Positions 26,089 through 36,234 of a stretch of DNA of 64,000 bases are shown piece after piece. Every line of letters begins with the position of its first letter. The first letter of the stretch is position 1. Both the position numbers and the translations under genes were made by a program. The notes under the pieces are model-generated. The model had not been told where the DNA came from. It was given only the letters and a program-made list of their open reading frames with translations, and made no database searches. Origin of the DNA: Candidatus Dojkabacteria bacterium (GTDB lineage: Bacteria; Patescibacteriota; Dojkabacteria; SC72; JAFGCJ01); contig JAFGCJ010000002.1 in the NCBI GenBank assembly GCA_016932785.1, forward strand, positions 81,777 through 145,776, written 5' to 3'.

Positions 26089-27696
26089 ATGAAGAAGTTT
26101 CTAAGTTTTTTTCTGGTTTCGGTTTTTTTGCTTCTCACTTTTGCCCAACTTGGTCCAATTTATGCAGATGGAATGATTTCTCCTCCTTATTACTATCCAG
26201 TCTATGAAACAGGTCAAAAGGGTCTGATTATTTATTATGATGAAACTGAAACTCTTGTTTTAACAACAACGTTTGAGGGAAATGCCAGTGATTTTGGTTG
26301 GATAGTCCCCACTCCGAATAAGCCGCAAGTCGACAATGTTAGAGATGAGATTTTTGATGATCTTGAGGACATGACGAAACCCAAGAAGAATCTCTTGGAA
26401 GAAATTATGTATAAAGAAGATTATTATTACGGAGGCTTAGAAATGTCATTTGGGGAGCAGAATGCAGATGCCGGAGGGCCAAGATCCTCCGTTGTAGTCC
26501 ATGAGGAAAAAAGAGTTGGAATCCTTGATGTGGCGGTGCTTTCCGCCGATGAGGTTTCTGATCTTATAGATTGGATGGAGGAAAACGGCTATAACCTTCC
26601 AGCACTGGATTCGGTACCTCCAACGGTTCCTCTATATGATACAGAAGACTCGTCATATATTTTTAATGATGAGAATGGTGAGAGACTTACACCTGAAGAA
26701 GTTATATTTGACGATCCCCCTATTGAGGATGATGAGTTCGAATCGAAAAAAATTCTGCAGGATTATATCGACGAAGGATGGTTTTTTGTCGCCGCTAAGG
26801 TGAATCATGAGTTTGCCTTGTCAGAAGGAGCGTATAGCCTTTCTAGTGGTCAAGTAAATCCGCTGCGTCTTACTTTTGAGTCTTCAGAACCGATTTTTCC
26901 TATGAGAATATCGAGAATAGGCTCTTCAGGAATGCCTGTTGAACTATATACCTTGACCGAAGATAAGGTGTGGGTTTCGAATTACGGATCCGGGCTTTGT
27001 GACGACGAATATATCGAGGCAGATGAGTTTTCGTATATCAAGGAAGAGAACGCGTGCAGCAGTTTTAGTATGGTCTACGGGTCTATGTTAGACAATGAAG
27101 ATATAGAGAAAATAACCAAAGTTCCTGGTAAAGGTAGCTGGCTGGAGGATCATCCTGATGATATGTATCTTGCAAGGCATGTTCAGGACTATCTGTCGTC
27201 TAGTTATATGAGGTCAGATGTTATTTTTGAGAGCCAGGATAGTACACTAGGGCTGAACGATGGTACTATGAGCCCTGCTGAATGGGTAAAACTACCATTT
27301 GTTTTTGCTATATATGCACCAAGAAACTTTGTTTTGTATCTTGATGATATGGATAGTTCCGGTGCACTCATAGGTATTTTTGTTCTTGCTTTTTCAATCT
27401 TTTCTCTCGGACTTATTACCGTTTCGGTAACGCTTATCTCGTTGTTGCTTGTGAAAAATATAAAGAACAACTTGGTAAGAATAATTCTTTTTCCAGGAAT
27501 TTGGTCTATTCTGCTTGCAGTGGAGTTGCTGATGGGATTTATTGTTGGGTTCATAATAAACATGATGGTTTTCCATCCTGAGGTTGTGGTTATCGATTCG
27601 ATATTGTTTCTTAATGTTCTGTCTCTTTTAGTATGTGTGCTTCTTCTTCGCAGATATAGATTGAGTAAGAAGGAAGAGACGATAAAGAAAAAGTAG
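26089..27696 (+). CDS. DUF2330-like secreted protein with C-terminal TM helices
   Basis: Signal peptide, then the N-terminal pattern VYETGQKGLIIYYDETETLVLTTTFEGNASDFGWIVPTPNKPQV (DUF2330-like ..eq.aii..dg.e.lvl...y.g....faWvvPvP). There are 3-4 C-terminal TM helices. Confidence 0.6.
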   Translation: MKKFLSFFLVSVFLLLTFAQLGPIYADGMISPPYYYPVYETGQKGLIIYYDETETLVLTTTFEGNASDFGWIVPTPNKPQVDNVRDEIFDDLEDMTKPKKNLLEEIMYKEDYYYGGLEMSFGEQNADAGGPRSSVVVHEEKRVGILDVAVLSADEVSDLIDWMEENGYNLPALDSVPPTVPLYDTEDSSYIFNDENGERLTPEEVIFDDPPIEDDEFESKKILQDYIDEGWFFVAAKVNHEFALSEGAYSLSSGQVNPLRLTFESSEPIFPMRISRIGSSGMPVELYTLTEDKVWVSNYGSGLCDDEYIEADEFSYIKEENACSSFSMVYGSMLDNEDIEKITKVPGKGSWLEDHPDDMYLARHVQDYLSSSYMRSDVIFESQDSTLGLNDGTMSPAEWVKLPFVFAIYAPRNFVLYLDDMDSSGALIGIFVLAFSIFSLGLITVSVTLISLLLVKNIKNNLVRIILFPGIWSILLAVELLMGFIVGFIINMMVFHPEVVVIDSILFLNVLSLLVCVLLLRRYRLSKKEETIKKK

Positions 27697-27829
27697 AAAA
27701 CGAAAATTTTAATCGTTAAAGTTAAATACTGCGATTATATTTTTAATTCAGGTTTTCGAATTTCAACTTTACAGTTTCTGTAACTTCTCTTTTAGTAGGC
27801 TTATAAGTAATTGCTAATGAGTGACAAGT

Positions 27830-27857
27830 CTGGTATCACTTGTCACTTTGTTACAAA
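27830..27857. promoter_or_regulatory. Perfect 10-bp inverted repeat
   Basis: AGTGACAAGT ctggtatc ACTTGTCACT, located 50 bp upstream of tRNA-Thr and the Fic-HTH gene and 134 bp after the previous stop. It could be an operator or a weak terminator (followed by TTGTT). Confidence 0.3.
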
Positions 27858-27909
27858 AATGATACGATTGCATGAAGCTAAGCTGTATATTATGGGCAAT
27901 AATTCTCGA

Positions 27910-27983
27910 GCTGGCGTAGCTCAGTTGGTCAGAGCGGCACTTTCGTAAAGTGTAGGTCGTCGGTTCGACTCCGACCGCCAGCT
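27910..27983 (+). tRNA. tRNA-Thr (CGT)
   Basis: Acceptor GCTGGCG/CGCCAGC, anticodon stem GCACT/AGTGT with loop TTCGTAA, T-arm GTCGG TTCGACT CCGAC. Confidence 0.9.
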
Positions 27984-28016
27984 GTAAGGATTTAATTAAA
28001 CAGTTATAGAAAATAA

Positions 28017-29234
28017 ATGTACACGCCTACACTCTCGATAACTCACAAAATGGTTCATCACATTGTGAAGATCGAACTTGCAGTAAAAGAAATCAAAGAT
28101 ACCCCGCTCTCGTCTGTTGCAAGAAAAAAACTTCTTAATAGAATGACTTCTGAAAGCCTGTACAATGTTGGGAAACTTGTAGGAACCGAAGTTGCATACA
28201 AAGATGCCGAAAAGATCGCTTTAGGAAAAGCTATAGTCTCTCCCGGTTCACCAGAAACTGTTCTTTCAAATTATCGCAGTATGTGTGACTTCATTTACTC
28301 TGCCAGTAATGACAGATATGTCTCCCTCTCCCCTTCTCTTTTGTTACATCTTAATAAGCTTGTCATTAATGGACTTGTCGACAGTTGGGACGGAGGGCGT
28401 TTTCGTAATGTAAGTGATGATGTCGATCCAAAGTATGACAACTGGTATAGCTATCAGAGTCATGATTTGGAAGGTGTGGATCTTCAACAGCACTATTACG
28501 GTGTTTTAAACTGGTTTTCTGAGAACAAGTTTCTAATTCATCCAATGATCAAAATAGGATGTGTTATCTATGAGCTATTTAGATATTATCCTTTTGTTGC
28601 AGGTAACCAACTTACGATTCTTGCTGTGGCTGAACTCCTCTTTGAGAAGTCGAAATTGTCATTGGACGGACTGATGCCTGTTTCCAGAAATTTCGTCTTA
28701 TATGAGGATGAGTACCTAGAGGCATTGAGAATTTCCATAGAAAAAGATGGGGATCAAACTTTGTGGATTGAGAGATTCATTCGAGGTGTTTCTCTTGATT
28801 TATCTGCTCTAAAGAATGAGGTTGTTAGATTGGAAGAGGAGAAGCTGAAGAGAAAAAAGAAAAGATTGCTAGATCTTAATTCCCGTCAGCTACGTATTAT
28901 TAGATATCTTAAGCATAATGGGAAAATTTCAAGAATGGAATATGTCAAAATGATGGGCGTTTCTACTATGACGGCGTATAGGGACCTTAATGAGCTTGTG
29001 GACCGTAAAATTATCGATGTTAGAGGTGGTGGACGATCGACTTATTATATTCTTTCGAAAACTGAAGAAACCAAGGAAGATCAGGAAGAGGCAAGGAAGA
29101 AGAAGGTTGTCAAAGTAATCAGTGACTATGCTCAAAGTCCCTATTCTTCTGGTTCTCAGAATTCACAGGATGACAACAACGAGGATTTTTCTTCGATTTA
29201 TAAAAACAACCAAGGCGGAGGTATTACTCTGTGA
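28017..29234 (+). CDS. Fic-domain-like protein with degenerate active-site motif and C-terminal winged-HTH
   Basis: The position of the Fic motif HPFxxGNGRxxR reads YPFVAGNQLTIL (H to Y, G to Q, R to L). C-terminal DeoR-like wHTH: LNSRQLRIIRYLKHNGKISRMEYVKMMGVSTMTAYRDLNELVDRKII. An acidic/polar tail follows. Confidence 0.55.
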   Translation: MYTPTLSITHKMVHHIVKIELAVKEIKDTPLSSVARKKLLNRMTSESLYNVGKLVGTEVAYKDAEKIALGKAIVSPGSPETVLSNYRSMCDFIYSASNDRYVSLSPSLLLHLNKLVINGLVDSWDGGRFRNVSDDVDPKYDNWYSYQSHDLEGVDLQQHYYGVLNWFSENKFLIHPMIKIGCVIYELFRYYPFVAGNQLTILAVAELLFEKSKLSLDGLMPVSRNFVLYEDEYLEALRISIEKDGDQTLWIERFIRGVSLDLSALKNEVVRLEEEKLKRKKKRLLDLNSRQLRIIRYLKHNGKISRMEYVKMMGVSTMTAYRDLNELVDRKIIDVRGGGRSTYYILSKTEETKEDQEEARKKKVVKVISDYAQSPYSSGSQNSQDDNNEDFSSIYKNNQGGGITL

Positions 29235-29314
29235 TGGAGCTCCGTTACGTTCGTTATTTCATGTATGGTTTGTGTATATGGTAAAATGGCTTGAATAAAT
29301 TTGCCTAATTTGTT

Positions 29315-29614
29315 GTGTCTAAAAAGAAATTATCTAAAAAAGAAGTTCAAAAGATAGCCGATTTGGCAAATATCAAACTTACTGACGAAGAGCTTGATAA
29401 ATACAGTACGGAACTTTCCTCTATTATTGAATATGTGGATAAACTTTCTGAGATAGATACGGAAAAAATCGAGATGAAGGCTCATAATGTAACTACTCAA
29501 AATGTTTTTCGCAGGGACGAACCAGGAAAGTCTCTTACCCAAGATGAGGCAATTTCAAACAGAAAATCATCTTCAGAGGGTGGGAATTTTGTTATTAAAT
29601 CTACATTGAAGTAG
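29315..29614 (+). CDS. gatC: Asp/Glu-tRNA amidotransferase subunit C
   Basis: GTG start, 99 aa. KIADLANIKLTDEELDKYSTELSSIIEYVDKL is typical of GatC. It lies directly upstream of gatA. Confidence 0.85.
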   Translation: MSKKKLSKKEVQKIADLANIKLTDEELDKYSTELSSIIEYVDKLSEIDTEKIEMKAHNVTTQNVFRRDEPGKSLTQDEAISNRKSSSEGGNFVIKSTLK

Positions 29615-29620
29615 CGACTT

Positions 29621-31060
29621 ATGAAGGATCTGTATAAACTAACTGTCAAAGAAGCGTCTGAAAAAATTCAAGCAGGCGAGATATCTTCTGAGGAGTTAAC
29701 CAAATCCTGTCTCGAACGTGTAAAAGAAATGGAGCCGGAGATAAATGCGTTTATTACCGTTACTGAGAAGTATGCCTTAACCAGAGCAAAGGAGATAGAC
29801 AAAAAACTTTCTAAAAAAGAATTGAGGTCTCCGCTTGTCGGTATCCCATATTCATTAAAGGATGTATACGTAACAAAAGGTATTGAAACAACAGCTGGTT
29901 CCAGGATACTTAAAGGATATATTCCTCAATATGATGCAACAGTTCATAGAAGAATAGAAGAAGCTGGAGGTATTTTGATAGGCAAAACAAATTGTGACCC
30001 TTTTGGATTTGGCTCATCTACAGAACACTCTGGTTATGGTGTAACAAAAAATCCAAATAATACAGATTATGTTCCTGGCGGATCAAGTGGTGGATCTGGT
30101 GCAGCTGTTGCGTATGGAGGAGGTCTGTATTCAATTGCAGAAGATACTGGTGGCTCTATTCGATGTCCGGCCTCTTTCTGTGGTGTTGACGGTTTAAAAG
30201 TAACCTACGGAAGAGTCTCTAGATACGGTGCTTTAGCATATGCGTCTTCTTATGATACTGTTGGCCCGATTGCCCAGAATGCGGAGGATATTGCATTGAT
30301 TATGTCTGTTATTGCTGGAAAGGATCCGTTTGATGCAACGAGCTTTGAAGGAGGGAAAGATGATCCTCCTGATTATTCAAGAAATCTTGGGAAGAGTTTG
30401 AAGGGTAGAAAGATTGGTCTACCAAAAGAGTATTATGGTAAAGGTCTTGATGATGAGGTAAGAAATGTTATTGAAAAAGCTATTGATAAATATAAATCAT
30501 TAGGCTGTGAAACAGTAGAGATCTCTCTCCCTTACACTGAATTCGCAATCGCAGCGTACTATGTAGTAGGAATAAGCGAGGCAAGTTCGAATCTTGCACG
30601 GTACGATGGCATTAGATATGGAATTGACGTTGAGGCTGAGGGGTGGAAAGAAAAGATGCAAGAGGTTCGATCTAGGGGTTTTTCAGATGAGGCCAAGAGA
30701 CGAATCATGGTCGGAACATATGCTTTATCAAAAGGATATGCAGACAAATATTACAAAAAAGCTCAAAAAGTTAGACAGCTTCTTAGAAATGATTTTGAAA
30801 GAGCGCTCAATGAGGTTGATATAATTTTGACACCGACTATGCCTGTATTACCATTTAAGATTGGAGAGAATATTGATGATCCACTTAAGATGTGGCTTGT
30901 AGATGCATTTACTGCGGCAATCAATCCTGTAGGTGTACCAGCACTATCTGTTAATGCTGGTACATCAAAAGATGGATTGCCTGTAGGAATGCAGTTAATA
31001 GGACCGCACTTTCTAGAAGATAGATTATTAAATTTTGCTCATATATTTGAAGCGTCATGA
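29621..31060 (+). CDS. gatA: Asp/Glu-tRNA amidotransferase subunit A
   Basis: Amidase signature GGSSGGSGAAVA..., 479 aa. The stop overlaps the gatB start (ATGA at 31057). Confidence 0.95.
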   Translation: MKDLYKLTVKEASEKIQAGEISSEELTKSCLERVKEMEPEINAFITVTEKYALTRAKEIDKKLSKKELRSPLVGIPYSLKDVYVTKGIETTAGSRILKGYIPQYDATVHRRIEEAGGILIGKTNCDPFGFGSSTEHSGYGVTKNPNNTDYVPGGSSGGSGAAVAYGGGLYSIAEDTGGSIRCPASFCGVDGLKVTYGRVSRYGALAYASSYDTVGPIAQNAEDIALIMSVIAGKDPFDATSFEGGKDDPPDYSRNLGKSLKGRKIGLPKEYYGKGLDDEVRNVIEKAIDKYKSLGCETVEISLPYTEFAIAAYYVVGISEASSNLARYDGIRYGIDVEAEGWKEKMQEVRSRGFSDEAKRRIMVGTYALSKGYADKYYKKAQKVRQLLRNDFERALNEVDIILTPTMPVLPFKIGENIDDPLKMWLVDAFTAAINPVGVPALSVNAGTSKDGLPVGMQLIGPHFLEDRLLNFAHIFEAS

Positions 31061-32493
31061 GTTACGAACTCGTATTAGGTCTGGAAATTCACATACAGAG
31101 CAAAACAAAGTCCAAGATGTTTTGTGCCTGTTCCACCGACTACTTTGGTAAGGAACCAAATACTTATACCTGTCCTGTATGCCTTGGTCTTCCAGGTGCA
31201 CTTCCGGTTCCTAACAAAAAGGCAATAGATTTGTGTATGAAACTAGGCCTTGCGTTAAATTGCAGTATAAATCAGGAGACCAAGTTTGATAGGAAAAATT
31301 ATTTTTATACAGATCTCCCAAAAGGATATCAGATTAGCCAGTATGATCAGCCTCTTTGTTACGAAGGGCATATAGACTTGGAAATCGATGGAGAAAATCA
31401 TAGGATAGGTATTACAAGAGTTCATCAAGAGGAGGATACAGGAAAATCATCATATGCCGGTGGGAGAACATTTCTCGATTATAATAAGTCTGGAGTTCCC
31501 TTGATTGAGGTTGTTACTGAAGCTGATTTTAGATCGATCGATGAAGTTCTGGAGTTTGCTAATCAGCTCAGGCTACTTGTGAGATATCTTGGAGTATCTG
31601 ATGCAGATATGGAAAAAGGACAAATGAGGTTTGAGCCAAATATCTCTCTTAGAAGAAAAGGATATGCAAAATTACCTCCTTATAAAGTTGAAGTTAAGAA
31701 TATTGGTTCAATATCTGTTTTGGAAAATGTTATAAGGGGTGAAATCGAGCGCCAATCTGAAATCCTTGATAAAGGGGAAACACCTGTTCAGGAAACACGT
31801 GGCTTGGTCGATATGACTGGCGAGACAGTTTCTCAGCGCGCGAAAGAGACTGAGGCTGATTACAGATACTTTCCGGAACCTGATATACCACCAATTGTAT
31901 TTACTAAGGAAGACATTGAAAATGTTAGAAAAGAATTGCCTAAAAGAAGTCCTTATGAGCTAAGAAGTTATTACCTAGATGAAATTGGTTTATCACCAAA
32001 AGATGCCGATTTCTTTGTTAATGACCTGGAAGTTTCCTCATTATTTAACAAATTAGTTGATGGTAAGGAAAGTGATAAGAAGTATATTGATTCTATTGTA
32101 AGTTTAATTAAAACGCTGCATTCGGTAATTATCGAAAACAGCATTGATAGAAATTTCTCCGACTTGGATCCTGGTTTCATTAAGATGGTTATAGAAGAAC
32201 CTCCTCCAGGACACCTATTAAAAGAACTTTTAAAGGTTAAAATAGAAACCTACTGGGAAAAGGACCTTTCCCCTAATGAAATTCTGCAAAAAGAAGGTTT
32301 AGAGTCAGTATCAGATGCAAATGAACTTTCTGAGTTCGCAGACAAAGTTATTTCTGCTAATCCCAAAGCCGTTTCAGACTATAAGAATAACCCCAACGCT
32401 ATAATGTTCCTTGTAGGACAGGTTATGAGTCAAATGAATGGCAAGGCTGATCCTAATATTGTTAAGAAGATACTCGAAGGGAAGCTAAAATAG
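31057..32493 (+). CDS. gatB: Asp/Glu-tRNA amidotransferase subunit B
   Basis: YELVLGLEIHIQ..KSKMFC, VCLGLPGALPV, RVHQEEDTGKS, and a C-terminal YqeY-like tail (NPNAIMFLVGQVMSQMNGKADP). Confidence 0.95.
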   Translation: MSYELVLGLEIHIQSKTKSKMFCACSTDYFGKEPNTYTCPVCLGLPGALPVPNKKAIDLCMKLGLALNCSINQETKFDRKNYFYTDLPKGYQISQYDQPLCYEGHIDLEIDGENHRIGITRVHQEEDTGKSSYAGGRTFLDYNKSGVPLIEVVTEADFRSIDEVLEFANQLRLLVRYLGVSDADMEKGQMRFEPNISLRRKGYAKLPPYKVEVKNIGSISVLENVIRGEIERQSEILDKGETPVQETRGLVDMTGETVSQRAKETEADYRYFPEPDIPPIVFTKEDIENVRKELPKRSPYELRSYYLDEIGLSPKDADFFVNDLEVSSLFNKLVDGKESDKKYIDSIVSLIKTLHSVIIENSIDRNFSDLDPGFIKMVIEEPPPGHLLKELLKVKIETYWEKDLSPNEILQKEGLESVSDANELSEFADKVISANPKAVSDYKNNPNAIMFLVGQVMSQMNGKADPNIVKKILEGKLK

Positions 32494-32554
32494 TGTTTTA
32501 TTTACTAGAATTTCATTAAATTGTAATGTATACTTTTCTGTCAGGATTAATAAT

Positions 32555-32638
32555 GCCGAGGTGGCGGAACTGGCAGACGCGCATGGCTTAGGACCATGTG
32601 GGACTTTGTCCTATGCAGGTTCAACTCCTGTCCTCGGC
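32555..32638 (+). tRNA. tRNA-Leu (TAG), long variable arm
   Basis: Acceptor GCCGAGG/CCTCGGC, anticodon stem CATGG/CCATG with loop CTTAGGA, variable arm TGGGACTTTGTCCTAT. Confidence 0.9.
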
Positions 32639-32648
32639 ATTTTGATGG

Positions 32649-32942
32649 ATGCAACTTAAATTATTACTAAGTACCGGAATTTCTGTTACCAACGTGGAAA
32701 ATAGAGATTCGTTGCCAATCATGATTAAGAGATTTATAGCACCTTTTCAAAAGGTATTACTTACGAAAAGACTTTGTCCTGGCTGTACAATGCCTTTGGA
32801 CAAAGCTGATCACTACCCTTTTGAAGGAAATGAGGAAATGGTTGTATGTAAGTGTAAACGTATGTTTATTTTTGACAAGATGACGAATACATATAGACGA
32901 GCTACGATTCGTGAGGCTGATTTGTTTTCAAAAAAGGGGTGA
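32649..32942 (+). CDS. Small zinc-ribbon protein, function unknown
   Basis: CPGC...(19 aa)...CKC arrangement. Alternative start at ATG 32721 (MIKRFIAPF...). The ORF sits between tRNA-Leu and tRNA-Glu and has no SD. Confidence 0.4.
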   Translation: MQLKLLLSTGISVTNVENRDSLPIMIKRFIAPFQKVLLTKRLCPGCTMPLDKADHYPFEGNEEMVVCKCKRMFIFDKMTNTYRRATIREADLFSKKG

Positions 32943-32968
32943 AAGTGTACAATAAAATCTGTAATGAA

Positions 32969-33041
32969 GCCGCTATCGTCTAGTGGACCAGGACGACGGG
33001 TTTTCATCCCGTAAACCGGGGTTCAATTCCCCGTAGCGGCA
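32969..33041 (+). tRNA. tRNA-Glu (TTC)
   Basis: Acceptor GCCGCTA/TAGCGGC, anticodon stem ACGGG/CCCGT with loop TTTTCAT, T-arm CGGGG TTCAATT CCCCG. Confidence 0.9.
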
Positions 33042-33091
33042 GTTTTCTAGGGTTCAGCTTGACTCATGAGCTGTAACTTGAGATTATTTAA

Positions 33092-33739
33092 GTGAGAATA
33101 ATATTATCTGCCCGTTCAATGTACGAAGAAGAAAAACAAGAAGCTGAGACTGATTCCGAGAAATCAAAACTTTCATTTAAGAAAAAGTTAGGTGGTGTGA
33201 CAAGAAACATTTACGATGTTGTTGAGACTCTGGTAATTGCTTTTGCTATAGTCGTTTTTATTTACCTTTTTATTGCTTCCCCTCATGAAGTTATCGGTAA
33301 ATCTATGGAAGATAACTTTTACAACGGGGAGTACCTTCTTGCGGATAAAATAAGCTACAGGTTCAAGGAACCAAGGCCGGGTGATGTTGTTATTTTTAAG
33401 CAGACTGATACCGCAGATTACATAAAACGCATAATTGGAACTCCCGGAGATACAGTAGAAATTCGCGATGGTTACATCTTTGTAAACGGTCATCAGCTTG
33501 ACGAGAGTGAGTATCTTGACGATAACATTTACACCGATGGAGGCTCGTTTCTTCCTGAGGGTAAAGTCTTTACAGTCCCTGATGGGAAGCTTTTTGTGTG
33601 TGGAGATAATAGAGGTGCAAGCTCAGATTCACGAAGTTTCGGCGCAGTTAATATGGATAAGATTAAGGGGAGAGCTGTGCTTATATACTGGCCTTTATCA
33701 CATTTGAAAGTGGTAAAGAGGCCGTCATATAATAACTAG
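33092..33739 (+). CDS. lepB: Signal peptidase I
   Basis: GKSM (Ser), YIKRIIGTPGDTVEI (Lys box) and GDNRGASSDSRSFG. One N-terminal TM helix. GTG 33092 or ATG 33119 as start. Confidence 0.85.
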   Translation: MRIILSARSMYEEEKQEAETDSEKSKLSFKKKLGGVTRNIYDVVETLVIAFAIVVFIYLFIASPHEVIGKSMEDNFYNGEYLLADKISYRFKEPRPGDVVIFKQTDTADYIKRIIGTPGDTVEIRDGYIFVNGHQLDESEYLDDNIYTDGGSFLPEGKVFTVPDGKLFVCGDNRGASSDSRSFGAVNMDKIKGRAVLIYWPLSHLKVVKRPSYNN

Positions 33740-33740
33740 T

Positions 33741-34529
33741 ATGAAACGTTTTGTCATTGCAAATCAGAAAGGTGGCGTTGGAAAGACGACTACAGCTGTG
33801 AATCTTGGGGCGTATCTTTCACAGATGGGTAAGAAGGTTCTTTTGGTAGATATTGATCCTCAATCAAATCTTACATCTGCTGTAGGATTCAAGTCGGATA
33901 ACAATGATGTGTTGAGAGATTCAAATAAGGCCCCCTACCCCAACATCTACGATGTTCTAGCAGGAGAAAAAAAAGCCAGTGAGGTTTTTGTAACAACTGA
34001 CACTGAGAACCTGTTTTTGTTGCCGGCTCATCTTTCTCTTGCTGGTGCCGAGATAGAGCTGGTTAGTCAACTTGCGAGAGAAAGCATTCTTAAAAAGGCA
34101 TTAGATAGCTTCAGTGAGGAGTTTGACTATGTGCTAATAGACTCCCCACCATCGTTGGGAATTTTGACAATAAATGCTCTTGTTGCTGCGGATAAGATTA
34201 TCGTCCCGATACAGTGTGAATATTTTGCCCTTGAGGGTTTAGGACAGTTGATTGAAACCGTAAAGCTTGTAGGGAATTTGAATCCTGAGTTAAGTATTGG
34301 TGGGGTTGTTCTAACCATGCATGACTCAAGGACAAGATTATCATCTCAGGTAGTACGTGAGGTTAAGGAATTTTTCAAAGATCTTGTTTTCAGAACAGTT
34401 ATACCTAGAAATGTCAGACTTTCCGAGGCTCCGTCATATGGTAAGCCTATTGGTGATTATGATGAGGCATCTTCGGGTGCAGAAGCTTACAAACGACTGG
34501 CAAAGGAGTTTGTGAAAAGATTCGATTAA
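33741..34529 (+). CDS. parA: Chromosome partitioning ATPase ParA/Soj
   Basis: Deviant Walker A NQKGGVGKTTT and DSPPSLG. Followed by parB. Confidence 0.9.
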   Translation: MKRFVIANQKGGVGKTTTAVNLGAYLSQMGKKVLLVDIDPQSNLTSAVGFKSDNNDVLRDSNKAPYPNIYDVLAGEKKASEVFVTTDTENLFLLPAHLSLAGAEIELVSQLARESILKKALDSFSEEFDYVLIDSPPSLGILTINALVAADKIIVPIQCEYFALEGLGQLIETVKLVGNLNPELSIGGVVLTMHDSRTRLSSQVVREVKEFFKDLVFRTVIPRNVRLSEAPSYGKPIGDYDEASSGAEAYKRLAKEFVKRFD

Positions 34530-34567
34530 ACTTGCAAACTAGTTATTTTTAAAATATATTAAAAATA

Positions 34568-35476
34568 GTGGCAACATCTAAAAAGAAATCAAAAAAAACA
34601 CGGAAGACTGAATCAGGGAAAACACAAAATGTTCTTGGAAAAGGTTTATCTGCTCTTATTTCTTCACAAGATGTAGACCTATCTTCTAAGGGGTTTCTTC
34701 CAAATTTACCTGTAGATCAGGTTTCTCCAAACCCACACCAGCCGAGAATGGCAATTAAAACAGAAGATTTAGTTGAAATTGCTGATTCAGTAAGGGAAAA
34801 TGGCGTAATTCAACCTCTGATAGTTTCCAAACGAGGAGATAAGGATTATGTGTTAATTGCTGGAGAGAGAAGATTACGTGCAGCACAACTTGCAGGCCTG
34901 GAGACCGTACCGGTAGTTGTCAAAGACGTTTCGCCTCGTCAGATGCTTGAACTTGCGGTTATTGAAAACGTTCAGCGTAAAGATCTTAACCCGATTGAAG
35001 AAGCTCTTGCTTTTAGCCAGCTTAAATCAAAGTTTGGTCTTGCTCACGGAGAGATTGCCAAAAAAGTTGGACTTAGTCGAGTAGCAGTAGTAAACAAAAT
35101 AAGACTCCTAAAGCTCCCAGAGAAGGTTAAACAGCTAGTTCTTGATAATGCCATCTCTGAAGGGCATGCAAGAGCACTTTTAGGAATTAAGGATAATGAT
35201 TCGCTTATGGCTGCGGCGGACGTTGTACTCAAAAAGGGACTTTCCGTTCATGATACCGAAGAACTTGTAAGAAAGATTGTACTTGGTATAGAAAAAAGAA
35301 CAGGCCGTCCAAGAAGACTTGATCCTCGCGGTCTTGAAATAGAAAAAAGACTAACTCAGCGTATAGGAGTCCCTCTTAAGATAACAAAATTAAAGGGTGG
35401 AGGAAAAATAGTTATAAGATATCGAAGTGATAATGAGCTGGAAAAAATTTACAGTAACATAGTGAACGCAGTATAA
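34568..35476 (+). CDS. parB: Chromosome partitioning protein ParB/Spo0J
   Basis: GTG start. ParB box IQPLIV...LIAGERRLRAA and an HTH segment (HGEIAKKVGLSRVAVVNKIRLLKL). Confidence 0.9.
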   Translation: MATSKKKSKKTRKTESGKTQNVLGKGLSALISSQDVDLSSKGFLPNLPVDQVSPNPHQPRMAIKTEDLVEIADSVRENGVIQPLIVSKRGDKDYVLIAGERRLRAAQLAGLETVPVVVKDVSPRQMLELAVIENVQRKDLNPIEEALAFSQLKSKFGLAHGEIAKKVGLSRVAVVNKIRLLKLPEKVKQLVLDNAISEGHARALLGIKDNDSLMAAADVVLKKGLSVHDTEELVRKIVLGIEKRTGRPRRLDPRGLEIEKRLTQRIGVPLKITKLKGGGKIVIRYRSDNELEKIYSNIVNAV

Positions 35477-35481
35477 AGTTC

Positions 35482-36228
35482 CTATCTACTATCTTGCCTC
35501 TTTTTCTCATACATTAGAATTGCAGCCGAAGAGCTTACATTTAAAGAACCTAGCCCTTCTTCCATTGGAATCTTGACAAGAGCATCGCATTTATCAAGAA
35601 TTCTTTTCGAAATTCCTGTATCCTCGGCACCGAGAACTAATGCTGTATTGCCTGAAATGTCCACTTTGTAGTACTCATTTCCTCTCATGTGAACGCCGAC
35701 TATTTTTACGCCGTAATCCTTTAGTTTCTTTATGGCATCGAAAATATTAGTCTGAACAATAGGAATACGCTCGCTAGCTCCCATAGAAATTCTTGTGACC
35801 TCTTCTGTCTGTACCCGGTTTTTTCTTTTGGGCAAAATTACAGCCGTTACTCCAGCTCCGAATGCTGATCTAAGTATAGCTCCGAGGTTTTGGGAATATC
35901 TTACTCCACTGAGAATAATTAGAAATAAAGGTTTTTTCGGGTCATGTTGTTCAAGCACTTCGCTCAGTTTTATAACATTCTGAACTGGTTTTAGACCTAT
36001 AATACTTTCACAGCTTGGTGATCGAGAAAGCCTGTTTATTCTTTTACGGGTAATCTTTTCTATCGGGATGCCCCTCTCTCGCGCCTCAGCCATTATCTGT
36101 TTTGTTTTGGGGTCTCTAAAGGCATTGTTAGCTACGTAGACTTTTTCGAATGGAATATCTGCCTGTAAGAGCTCCAGGAGTGCATTCTTGTTTTCTACTT
36201 GGACAAAACGGCCTTTATTTGATTTCAT
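35482..36228 (-). CDS. SpoU/TrmH-family RNA 2'-O-methyltransferase (RlmB-like)
   Basis: N-terminal substrate-binding domain plus a SPOUT core (GAILRSAFGAG, LVLGAEDTGIS, IPMEEGLGSLNVSSSAAILMYE). Confidence 0.8.
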   Translation of the reverse strand: MKSNKGRFVQVENKNALLELLQADIPFEKVYVANNAFRDPKTKQIMAEARERGIPIEKITRKRINRLSRSPSCESIIGLKPVQNVIKLSEVLEQHDPKKPLFLIILSGVRYSQNLGAILRSAFGAGVTAVILPKRKNRVQTEEVTRISMGASERIPIVQTNIFDAIKKLKDYGVKIVGVHMRGNEYYKVDISGNTALVLGAEDTGISKRILDKCDALVKIPMEEGLGSLNVSSSAAILMYEKKRQDSR

Positions 36229-36234
36229 GGGGTT

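Noticed and set aside
33741-35476. Looked for a canonical parS (TGTTNCACGTGAAACA) in and around parAB.
   Set aside because: No match was spotted by eye. The site may lie outside the window or diverge in this lineage. A computational scan is needed before any claim.
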